Below, in pieces: positions 18,664 through 27,031 of a stretch of DNA of 62,601 bases (positions within the stretch are counted from its first letter, which is position 1; each line of letters opens with the position of its first letter). Both the position numbers and the translations under genes were made by a program. This DNA is from Alphaproteobacteria bacterium (GTDB taxonomy: Bacteria > Pseudomonadota > Alphaproteobacteria > JAPULJ01). The stretch lies in the NCBI GenBank assembly GCA_037387885.1, contig JARRKQ010000061.1:11547-74147 (forward strand), read 5' to 3'. Under the pieces are notes generated by a model, which did no database searches, was not told the origin of the DNA, and saw only the letters and a program-made list of their open reading frames with translations.

Positions 18664-19755
18664 ATGCTGCGTGAGATCGGCGAGCGCATCAAGCGCGCCC
18701 GCAAGGGCGCGTCCCTGTCGCAGGCGGCGCTGGCCGAGGCGGTCGGCGTCGCCCAGGCGACCGTCAGCGCCTGGGAAAGCGGCAGCCACGGGCCCAGCCT
18801 CGAGCATTTCGAGACGATCGCCCAGGCCTGCGGCCGCAGCCCGGGCTGGCTCGCCTTCGGCGACATCGATGCCGCAACGACGCGGCGAGAGGAGAGATCG
18901 GCCATGAAACGCGACGCACGCACCATCGCCTATCAAGGCGTGCCCGGGGCTTACTCGCACCTTGCCTGCCGCATTGCCTTTCCCGATCTGGAGCCGGTGG
19001 CGTGCCGGACCTTCGAGGACGCCTTCGCCGCAGTCGAGGAAGGACGCGCCGATCTCGGCATGATCCCGATCGAGAACTCGCTCGGCGGCCGGGTCGCCGA
19101 CATCCACCATCTGCTGCCCGATTCCTCGCTCTATATCGTCGACGAGCATTTCCAGCCGGTGCAACACCACCTGCTCGCCCTGCCGGGCGCCGGGCTCGAT
19201 ACCCTGAAGACCGTGTACAGCCATGAGCAGGCGCTGGCGCAGTGCCGCGGCCTGATCCGCGAATTGAAGCTCGATGCGGTGATCCGCGCCGACACGGCGG
19301 GCGCCGCCGCCGAGGTTGCCGAGCAGGACGACCCGAGCGTTGCCGCCATCGCCTCGGAGCTGGCCGGCGAGATCTACGGCCTGACCTCGCTGCGCACCCG
19401 CATCGAAGACCGGCTAGGCAACACCACGCGGATGGTCGTCATGTCGCGCACCCGCGAGGAGCCCGACCCCAAGGAGGGCGATGCGATCACCAGCCTCGTC
19501 TTCCAGGTGAGGAGCGTGCCGGCGGCGCTCTACAAGGCGCTCGGCGGCTTCGCCACCAACGGCGTCAACATCACCCGCCTGGAAAGCTATATCAGCGAGG
19601 CGATGTCCGGCATCGCGCAGTTCTACATCGACATCGAAGGCCACCCCTCCGACAAGTCGGTCGACCACGCCTTCAACGAGCTGCACTTTTATTCCACCAA
19701 GATGAAGATCCTCGGCGTCTACAAGGCGCACCCGTTCCGCCGCGAAGGCCAGTAA
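18664..19755 (+). CDS. pheA: XRE/Cro HTH domain fused to prephenate dehydratase (PDT + ACT)
   Basis: aa 1-67 IGERIKRARKGASLSQAALAEAVGVAQATVSAWESG...PGWLAFG (HTH_3-like). From aa 81: IAYQGVPGAYS, PIENSLGG, SHEQALAQC, and ACT ALYKALGGFATNGVN. Single frame, no stop. Confidence 0.88.
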   Translation: MLREIGERIKRARKGASLSQAALAEAVGVAQATVSAWESGSHGPSLEHFETIAQACGRSPGWLAFGDIDAATTRREERSAMKRDARTIAYQGVPGAYSHLACRIAFPDLEPVACRTFEDAFAAVEEGRADLGMIPIENSLGGRVADIHHLLPDSSLYIVDEHFQPVQHHLLALPGAGLDTLKTVYSHEQALAQCRGLIRELKLDAVIRADTAGAAAEVAEQDDPSVAAIASELAGEIYGLTSLRTRIEDRLGNTTRMVVMSRTREEPDPKEGDAITSLVFQVRSVPAALYKALGGFATNGVNITRLESYISEAMSGIAQFYIDIEGHPSDKSVDHAFNELHFYSTKMKILGVYKAHPFRREGQ

Positions 19756-19885
19756 CGCCGGCGCTTAATTCGGTGTGGACAATCATGTATCGTGGTGATC
19801 CGGTCGCAATCGATTGCAGCATCGCTTCATTCTCGCGACAGCAACCACAAAACCCGCGCAAAGCCGCGATCAGGGGGGATTACCC

Positions 19886-21070
19886 ATGTTGAAAGCATCC
19901 GCCGACACCGTTCTGCCGACCTCGATCATCGGCTCGCTGCCGCGGCCGCACTGGTTCACCGAGAATCTCGGGCGCCGGTCCTTCCTCGAAGCGATGGTCG
20001 ATTCGCGCTACCGCGAGCAATACGAGGACGTCGTCGCAACCTATCTGAAATCGCAGGAGATCGCCGGCATCGATATCTGCACCGACGGCGATGCGCATTA
20101 CGACGAGCAGGTCGCGGGCTTTTCCTGGCAGAGCTACGCGCCCAATCGCATGGCGGGCTTCTCGACCGACACGCCGCAGCCGAGCGAGTACAAGGTCGGC
20201 GCGGCCGCCTATCCGCGCGGCCACATCCTGCACGACTTCCTGGAATGCCGCGTGCTGCCGCGCGTCGTCGGGCCCATCGGTCCGGGCAACCTGCAATATG
20301 CCGCGATGTGGCGGGCGGCCCAGCGCCTGACCGAAAAGCCGATCAAGTTCGGCACCATCACGCCCGAGCTGCTCGCCGCCTCGGTCGAGGACGAGTACTA
20401 CAAGGACCCGGTCGAGCGGACGATGGCGCTCAGCGATGCGATCAACGCCGAGCTGCACGAGCTCGCCGATGCGGGCTGCCCCGTGATCCAGATGGAGGAG
20501 CCGCAGATCCACATGACCCCGGTGCGCGGCGAGCTCTTCGGCAAGCTCGGCACCAAGGAGCTGGTCGGCGTCTTCAACAACACGGTCAAAGGCCTCGCCG
20601 ACAAAACCGAGGTCTGGTGCCACACCTGCTGGGGCAACCCCTCGCAGCAGCGCATCTTCAAGGAGGTGCAGAGCTACCAGCCCACATTGGAAGCCCTGAA
20701 CGAGGTCGACGCCGATGTGCTCACCTTCGAGACCTGCAGCTCGGGCCCCGGCGATCTGAAGGCCATCGGCGAAGTCATCAAGGACAAGAAGATCGCCATC
20801 GGCGTGATCGACCACCACACGCTCCAGGTCGAGCGCCCCGATGAAGTCTCCGCCCTCATCCGCGAGGCGCTGCAATATATTCCGGCCGAGCGGCTCATCA
20901 TCTCATCCGACTGCGGCATGGGCCGCGAGGGCATGAGCCGGCGCCACGCCAACTACAAGATGGTGGCGATGGTCCAAGGCACGAACGAGGTGCGCGCCGA
21001 GCTCGGCCTGCCGCTCGCCACTTGCCGCGCCGAGGACCAGAGCTACTCGCTCGCCGCCAAGATGAGCTGA
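19886..21070 (+). CDS. Cobalamin-independent methionine synthase II family protein (MetE C-terminal-like)
   Basis: TSIIGSLPRP, GIDICTDGD, WCHTCWGN, IGVIDHH, IISSDCGM. Confidence 0.85.
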   Translation: MLKASADTVLPTSIIGSLPRPHWFTENLGRRSFLEAMVDSRYREQYEDVVATYLKSQEIAGIDICTDGDAHYDEQVAGFSWQSYAPNRMAGFSTDTPQPSEYKVGAAAYPRGHILHDFLECRVLPRVVGPIGPGNLQYAAMWRAAQRLTEKPIKFGTITPELLAASVEDEYYKDPVERTMALSDAINAELHELADAGCPVIQMEEPQIHMTPVRGELFGKLGTKELVGVFNNTVKGLADKTEVWCHTCWGNPSQQRIFKEVQSYQPTLEALNEVDADVLTFETCSSGPGDLKAIGEVIKDKKIAIGVIDHHTLQVERPDEVSALIREALQYIPAERLIISSDCGMGREGMSRRHANYKMVAMVQGTNEVRAELGLPLATCRAEDQSYSLAAKMS

Positions 21071-21287
21071 GCGAGCGGACGGCTTTTCCGAAGGGCCGCT
21101 GCGACCTAGGTTGTCCCTAGCGCTTCGCTGCAAAAGGGTGGTGCGGGACGACCAAAGCTTGCACTATGGGCCTTGGACGGATGCATCGATAGCGTGAACA
21201 CCGGCGCGCCTTGGACGGACGCGCCGGGGTTAATGCGCGTTTAGTCGTGCGTCACGACGGACAATCCAATCGGTGGGTGGGAGTACC

Positions 21288-23000
21288 ATGCGGACATATC
21301 TTCACATCAATCTGAACGACAAGTCGGTCGAGACCGAGGAGCTGCACGGCGAGGATATCGTCAAGGTCGGCCGCTGGTTCATCGCCAAGACGCTGCTGGA
21401 AAAGGGCGCGGCCAAGGTCGATCCCTTGTCGCCGGAGAACCCGCTGATCTTCTCCGCCGGCCCCTTCGCCGGCACCAACTTCTCCAACGCCAACCGCCTC
21501 AGCGTCGGCTGCAAGAGCCCGCTCACCGGCGGCATCAAGGAGGCGAATTCCGGCGGCACCTTTGCCTTTGCGCTGGGCCAGCTCGAGATCTCCGGCCTTA
21601 CGCTGTATGGCGCGCTGCCCGAATGGCAGGTCATGCACATCCACAAGGGCGGCGAGATCACCTACGACGACGCCAGCCCCTATCTCGGCAAGGGCAATCT
21701 TGAAGCAGCGGAAATGCTGTTCGAGAAGTACGGCAACAAGGTCAGCATCGGCCTCTGCGGGCCGGTCGGCGAATATATGGGCCTGATGTCGGGCATCGCC
21801 TTCACCGATCCCGAGGGCCGGCCCGAGCGCCTCGCCGCGCGCGGCGGCGTTGGCGCCGTCATGGGCTCCAAGAAGGTCAAGGCCATCGTCGTCGACAAGG
21901 ACAAGATGCCGACCTTCCACGACCGCAAGGGCCTGATGCAGAAGGTGCGCAAATACAGCCAGATGCTGGCCGAGGATCCGGCGATCGAGTCCTTCACCAA
22001 ATACGGCACCGCCATGATGGGCGACTTCACCAACAAGATCGGCGGGCTGCCGACGCGCAATTTCAGCTCCGGCCAGGCTTTCAACGACCCCGAGGGCCGC
22101 TTCAAGCTCGGCGGCGATTTCATCTTCGACCGCAACACCGAGCGCGGCGGCCACACGGCGCATGCCTGCATGCCCGGCTGCATGATCAAATGCTCGAACA
22201 TCTATGTCGACGAAGACGGCAAGGAGATGGTCTCGCCGATGGAGTACGAGACCATCGGCCTCATGGGCACCAATTGTGGGCTCAGCGATCCCGACGACGT
22301 CGCGCGCGTCAACTTCCTCGCCAACGATCTCGGCATCGACACGATCGAGGCGGGCGCCACGATCGCCGTGCTCATGGCCGGCGGCGAGGGCGAATTCGGC
22401 GATGTCGAGTTCATGGTCGAGGCGCTGGAGGATATGCGCAAGGGCAACGAGCGCGGCCGCATCATCGCCCAGGGCACCGGCCGCGTCGGCGAGCACTACA
22501 AGGTCAAGAACGTGCCCGTGATCAAGAACCAGGGCATCAGCGCCTACGATCCGCGCGTGATCGAGGTGACCGGCATCTCGATGATGGTGACCGCCCAGGG
22601 CGCCGATCACACCGCCGGCAACCTGCCGGCCTATAAGAGCAAGGACAAGCCGACCGAGGAGCTGGTCGAGGCGAGCCTCGACATCCAGGAGCTCTGCGCC
22701 GCGGCCGACTCGCTGGGCCTCTGCATCTTCGGCCGCTCGGTGACCAACGAGAACCTCGACATGATGGTCGAGGCGTTGAACGACGCCCACGACGCCAATC
22801 TCACGCCCGACTTCTACCGCAAGCTCGGCCGCGAGGCGCTGGTGATGGAATGGCAGTTCAACAAGGAGGCGGGCTTCACCGAAGAGGACGACGAGCTGCC
22901 CGAGTTCTTCTTCACCGACGCGCTCGCGCCCACCGGCGCCGTCGCCCGCCACCGCAGCGCCGAGGTGAACGCAAGCTTCCGGAAGCTGCTGGAGGCGTAA
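21288..23000 (+). CDS. Aldehyde:ferredoxin oxidoreductase family protein (tungsto-/molybdopterin, 4Fe-4S)
   Basis: KSPLTGGIKEANSGG, ARGGVGAVMGSKKVKAI, CMPGCMIKC, EYET, DSLGLCIF. Confidence 0.9.
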   Translation: MRTYLHINLNDKSVETEELHGEDIVKVGRWFIAKTLLEKGAAKVDPLSPENPLIFSAGPFAGTNFSNANRLSVGCKSPLTGGIKEANSGGTFAFALGQLEISGLTLYGALPEWQVMHIHKGGEITYDDASPYLGKGNLEAAEMLFEKYGNKVSIGLCGPVGEYMGLMSGIAFTDPEGRPERLAARGGVGAVMGSKKVKAIVVDKDKMPTFHDRKGLMQKVRKYSQMLAEDPAIESFTKYGTAMMGDFTNKIGGLPTRNFSSGQAFNDPEGRFKLGGDFIFDRNTERGGHTAHACMPGCMIKCSNIYVDEDGKEMVSPMEYETIGLMGTNCGLSDPDDVARVNFLANDLGIDTIEAGATIAVLMAGGEGEFGDVEFMVEALEDMRKGNERGRIIAQGTGRVGEHYKVKNVPVIKNQGISAYDPRVIEVTGISMMVTAQGADHTAGNLPAYKSKDKPTEELVEASLDIQELCAAADSLGLCIFGRSVTNENLDMMVEALNDAHDANLTPDFYRKLGREALVMEWQFNKEAGFTEEDDELPEFFFTDALAPTGAVARHRSAEVNASFRKLLEA

Positions 23001-23991
23001 GGGCGAGAGGGACGATATTCGTAGGGGCGGGTTTCCGCGAGATCGAATCGAGGCGCGGCTGTCGGAAGCCGTCGACCCCGTCGTTTGTCTTCAGCCACTC
23101 GCGCTCGAACCAATCCGCCGCCTCGAGCTCGCTGTCGTTGGTCGTGATCTCGGTCGTCACCGCATCGGCATGGAAGCCGAGCATGATCGAGGAGGGAAAC
23201 GGCCAGGGCTGCGAAGAATGGTAGCGCACGTTCTCGATCTCGACCCCGGCCTCCTCGTAGACCTCGCGCGCCACGGCCGCTTCCAGCGTCTCGCCCGGCT
23301 CGACGAAGCCCGCGAGCGTCGAGTGCATGCCCTTGGGCCACACCGCCTGGCGGCCGAGCAGCGCCCGCTCGCCATCGATCACCAGCATGATCACCGCCGG
23401 ATCGGTGCGCGGGAAGTGGCTGGTGCCGCAGCTTTCGTTCGTACACATGCGCACGTGCCCGGCCGAGCGCACCTGCGTCGGCGACCCGCAGACCCCGCAA
23501 TAAAGATGCCGGCGGTGCCAGGTCAGCATGCCGCGTGCATAGGCGAAGAGCGCGCCGTCGGCCCGGTCGAGCACCGGGCCCACCATCCGAAGATCAGCGA
23601 AGACGCCGCGTTCGGCGAGCGGCGCCGGCAGCTCCTCTTCGTCGAGGTCGGAGATGTCCACGGCCACATAGGCGATGCCGTCGCGCTCGCCTAGGAAAAC
23701 GCGCTCGCCGTTCTTCTCGCCCAGATCGTCGAAGAGATCGCGCGCCTCGTCGGTATCGAAAAAGATCGCCTCCGGGTTTCCGCCGGGTCGCTCCATGATC
23801 GCGGCGACGCCGGTCTTGCTCGGATCGCCCTCCATGCCGGCGACGAGATGCTTCGAGCGCCAGACCGGCACCAGCCGGGCCGCGCCCGCCTCGATCAGGC
23901 GCTCGAACCAATCCTCGGGCTCGCGCAGATGCGCCGCGCGGTCGAGCCCGCTCTCGGCATAGTAATTCTCGGGTTTGCGTTGCTTCGCCAT
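22912..23991 (-). CDS. nudC: NADH pyrophosphatase NudC; C-terminus aberrant, reads through into the AOR 3' end
   Basis: CGVCG zinc knuckle, FPRTDPAVI, Nudix box AGFVEPGETLEAAVAREVYEEAG, SQPWPFP; family-like sequence stops at DSISR (~23036). Confidence 0.85.
   Translation of the reverse strand: MAKQRKPENYYAESGLDRAAHLREPEDWFERLIEAGAARLVPVWRSKHLVAGMEGDPSKTGVAAIMERPGGNPEAIFFDTDEARDLFDDLGEKNGERVFLGERDGIAYVAVDISDLDEEELPAPLAERGVFADLRMVGPVLDRADGALFAYARGMLTWHRRHLYCGVCGSPTQVRSAGHVRMCTNESCGTSHFPRTDPAVIMLVIDGERALLGRQAVWPKGMHSTLAGFVEPGETLEAAVAREVYEEAGVEIENVRYHSSQPWPFPSSIMLGFHADAVTTEITTNDSELEAADWFEREWLKTNDGVDGFRQPRLDSISRKPAPTNIVPLALTPPAASGSLRSPRRCGGGRRRRWARARR
23021..23035 (+). repeat. Half copy of a GTAG-type REP (GTAGGGGCGGGTTTC) abutting the nudC 3' end
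   Basis: Identical to the first 15 nt of the full element at 30641; the right arm is missing. Confidence 0.7.
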
Positions 23992-24316
23992 AGGGCGGGA
24001 GATTCGCATGGTCGGCGGGTGCCGCGCAATCATTGACCCATCGCCAAACTTGGACCCACGCGCGTTCTGCAATTTCATGCCCCCGCAATGATCCCGTCAC
24101 GCACCCGTAATGGGGCGGAGGGTACAGTCCGTCCTGGCGGAGCGGTTGGAGCCGACCGGGCCGCCGTCTGCCACGACAAACTCCCACGGTCCCCCGCGAC
24201 ATCCCCAGTCGCGCGGGGACCACCCCCATTTGGCCACGATCCATTTCAAAGGCTAATTTTAAGGACCGGCAAGGTCGCGCGGGAGGACGCAATACCGTCC
24301 TTCCGCGCCTCCGCCC

Positions 24317-24347
24317 TTGCCCCGGCCGGGCTCAATCCTGATATAGT
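24317..24347 (+). promoter_or_regulatory. Possible sigma70 promoter of ffs (TTGCCC ... TATAGT)
   Basis: The -10-like TATAGT ends 6 nt before the RNA 5' end; -35/-10 spacing is long (19 nt), so the assignment is weak. Confidence 0.4.
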
Positions 24348-24353
24348 GCCACC

Positions 24354-24451
24354 GGGAGGTTGGCGGTGGACGGGCACCTCGCCAACCCGGTCAGGACCGG
24401 AAGGTAGCAGCCGTAACGAGATTCGTTCGGGTCACCTAACCAGCCTCCCAC
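24354..24451 (+). ncRNA. ffs: Small bacterial SRP RNA (4.5S)
   Basis: Conserved core TCAGGACCGGAAGGTAGCAGCC; terminal stem GGGAGGTTGG / CCAGCCTCCC; directly upstream of dnaX. Confidence 0.93.
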
Positions 24452-24517
24452 CCACGCGCCGCGGACACGCCAAGAACGCCGCGGGGACCGACAAAAACAC
24501 GCCATCCGCCGGGTAGG

Positions 24518-26500
24518 ATGACCGACGCAAAGTCCAAAAAGGCCGCGCCCAAGGCGCCGCGCGAGCAAGCCGCGTCGGATAGGGCGCCGCGCAAGAAGAC
24601 TGCGTCGGCAGATTCTAAGCCGTCGGGCGCCAAGCCGTCGGAAAAACCGTCGGCCAAGGCCAAACCCAAAATCGACAGGCCCGCCAAGTCTGATGGCGAC
24701 GCCTACCGCGTGCTCGCCCGCAAGCACCGGCCGCAGAGCTTCGCCGAGCTGGTCGGCCAGGACGCCCTCGTCCGCACGCTGACCAACGCCATCGAGCGCG
24801 ACCGCATCGCCCATGCCTTCGTGCTGACCGGCGTGCGGGGCATCGGCAAGACCTCGACCGCGCGCATCATCGCCCGCGCGCTCAACTGCATCGGCCCCGA
24901 CGGCAAGGGCGGGCCGACGACCGAGCCCTGCGGTGTCTGCGAGCATTGCGTCGCCATCGCCGAAGACCGGCACATGGACGTGATCGAGATGGACGCCGCC
25001 TCGCATACCGGCGTCGACAATATGCGCGAGCTGATCGAGAGTGCGCGCTACCGGCCGACCAGCGCGCGTTTCAAGCTCTACATCATCGACGAGGTGCACA
25101 TGCTCTCGTCGAGCGCCTTCAACGCGCTGCTGAAGACACTCGAAGAGCCGCCGGAGCACGTGAAGTTCGTGCTCGCGACGACCGAGATCCGCAAGGTGCC
25201 GGTAACGGTGCTCTCGCGCTGCCAGCGCTTCGATCTGAAGCGCCTCGACCGCGAGACCCTGACCGCGCATCTGACCAACATTGCGGGCAAGGAGAACGCG
25301 AAGGTCGATGACGCCGCGATGGCGATGCTCGTGCGCGCCGCCGACGGGTCGGTGCGCGACGGGCTCTCGCTGCTCGACCAGGCGATTGCGTTAGGCGACG
25401 GATCCAAGGACGGCGCCGTTACGGCCGAGGCCGTGCGCGACATGCTGGGTCTGGCCGATCAGGCGCGCATCCTCGATCTCTTCGATCTCCTCATGGGCGG
25501 CAAGATCGCCGAGGCGCTGACCTTGGCCGGCGAGCTTTACCGCTCCGGCGCCGATCCGGTCGTGATCGTCCAGGACCTGCTCGACCTTTCCCATTGGCTC
25601 ACGCGTCTGAAGATCGTGCCCGACGCCGCCGAGGGCCTCGCCGTTTCCGAGGCCGAGCGCGAGCGCGGTGCCGCGATGGCCGAAAAGCTCGCGATGCCGG
25701 CGCTAGCGCGGGCCTGGCAGATGCTGCTGAAGGGGCTCGCCGAGGTGCAGACCGCGCACGCACCGCTCACCGCACTCGAAATGGCGTTGATCCGGCTCGC
25801 TTATGCCGCCGAGCTGCCGACCCCGGGCGCGATCGTCGAGGCGCTGCAGGACGGCAAGGACGCGGCCGCCGCGCCGGCGCCCACTCAAGCCGCACCCACA
25901 CAAAGCCCCTCGCCCAGAGCAACCGCACCCGATCCGCCGAAAGCCATGGCAACCGGCGGCGGCGAGGCGCAGCCGGCGATGATCGTCGAATCGGAGAACC
26001 CGGCGCCCGAGCCCCAGCCCCAGCTTATGCCACAGCCCGAAGCGGCGCTGCCGACCGCGGACGCGGCCGATCAGCCGCCGCCCGATCCGCGCTCTTTCGA
26101 GGAGGTCGTGGCGCTTTTCCAGATCCAGCGCGAGGCGATGCTCTACGCGCACCTGAAGAAGCACGTGCATCTCGTCAACTTCGCCCCGCAACGCATCGAA
26201 TTCCGCCCCACGCCGGCCGCGCCCGAGACGCTCGCCAACCGGGTCGGCTCGCTGCTCACCGAATGGACGGGCAAGCGCTGGGTGATGAGCGTGAGTCGGG
26301 AGGAGGGCGCGCCGACGCTGGCCGAGCAGGAAGAGGCCGCCGACGCGGCGCGGCACGAGAAGGCGGCGAGCCATCCGCTGGTCCGCGCCGCGCTCGATGC
26401 CTTTCCCGGTGCGGCGATCGCCTCGGTCCGGGCCTTGCCCGATGCCGCGCCGCCCGAGGACGAAGCCACCGATCCGATCAACGAGGATGACCCGGCATGA
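24518..26500 (+). CDS. dnaX: DNA polymerase III subunit gamma/tau
   Basis: YRVLARKHRP, GVRGIGKTSTARI, CGVCEHC, IIDEVHMLS, SRCQRFDL. Confidence 0.96.
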   Translation: MTDAKSKKAAPKAPREQAASDRAPRKKTASADSKPSGAKPSEKPSAKAKPKIDRPAKSDGDAYRVLARKHRPQSFAELVGQDALVRTLTNAIERDRIAHAFVLTGVRGIGKTSTARIIARALNCIGPDGKGGPTTEPCGVCEHCVAIAEDRHMDVIEMDAASHTGVDNMRELIESARYRPTSARFKLYIIDEVHMLSSSAFNALLKTLEEPPEHVKFVLATTEIRKVPVTVLSRCQRFDLKRLDRETLTAHLTNIAGKENAKVDDAAMAMLVRAADGSVRDGLSLLDQAIALGDGSKDGAVTAEAVRDMLGLADQARILDLFDLLMGGKIAEALTLAGELYRSGADPVVIVQDLLDLSHWLTRLKIVPDAAEGLAVSEAERERGAAMAEKLAMPALARAWQMLLKGLAEVQTAHAPLTALEMALIRLAYAAELPTPGAIVEALQDGKDAAAAPAPTQAAPTQSPSPRATAPDPPKAMATGGGEAQPAMIVESENPAPEPQPQLMPQPEAALPTADAADQPPPDPRSFEEVVALFQIQREAMLYAHLKKHVHLVNFAPQRIEFRPTPAAPETLANRVGSLLTEWTGKRWVMSVSREEGAPTLAEQEEAADAARHEKAASHPLVRAALDAFPGAAIASVRALPDAAPPEDEATDPINEDDPA

Positions 26501-26817
26501 AGAATCTCGGCCAGTTGATGAAGCAGGCCCAGGAAATGCAGACCAAGATGGCCGAGATGCAGGAGACGCTGGGCGATATCGAGGTCTCGGGCAGCGCCGG
26601 CGGCGGCATGGTCACGGTGCGCCTCAACGGTAAGTCGGAGATGCGCGGCGTTTCGATCGACCCCAGCCTCGCCGACGACGTCGAGGTGCTCGAGGACCTG
26701 ATCGTCGCCGCCTACAACGACGCCAAGGTCAAGGTCGAGGCGCGCGTGCAGGAAGAGATGTCGAAGCTCACCGGCGGTCTCGAGCTGCCGCCCGGCTTCA
26801 AGATGCCCTTCGGCTGA
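26497..26817 (+). CDS. ybaB: YbaB/EbfC nucleoid-associated protein
   Basis: MKQAQEMQTKM, GSAGGGMVTV, LEDLIVAAYNDA; ATGA overlap with dnaX. Confidence 0.93.
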   Translation: MKNLGQLMKQAQEMQTKMAEMQETLGDIEVSGSAGGGMVTVRLNGKSEMRGVSIDPSLADDVEVLEDLIVAAYNDAKVKVEARVQEEMSKLTGGLELPPGFKMPFG

Positions 26818-27031
26818 GCCGAAGACACGTCGCCGGCGACCAGGGTACGCTCCGCTCAAGCAGCTGAACGTCTCCCGCGACGCTCTGTCGCAGCAATGTG
26901 ATGTCGGGCATTCAACGGAATCGGCTCGCTCATCCGTATATCCAATCAAGACTGGGCAGTGCGGCCCCGTTGGGTGCGCATAGCGGCGCGACGACGCGGA
27001 CCGCAAGAGCTCGGCACGTTGGACCCTAACA

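Noticed and set aside
19790-19830. Firm call of a SAM-II (SAM-alpha) riboswitch
   Set aside because: The P1 3' strand (CCACG) and the A-rich linker are absent.
21252-22952. Long antisense ORFs (here 566 aa; also 3344-5029, 11969-13657, 37173-38885, 41153-42802, 47675-49126, 58634-60109 and others)
   Set aside because: They mirror well-supported genes on the opposite strand, as expected in high-GC DNA, and have no family motifs.
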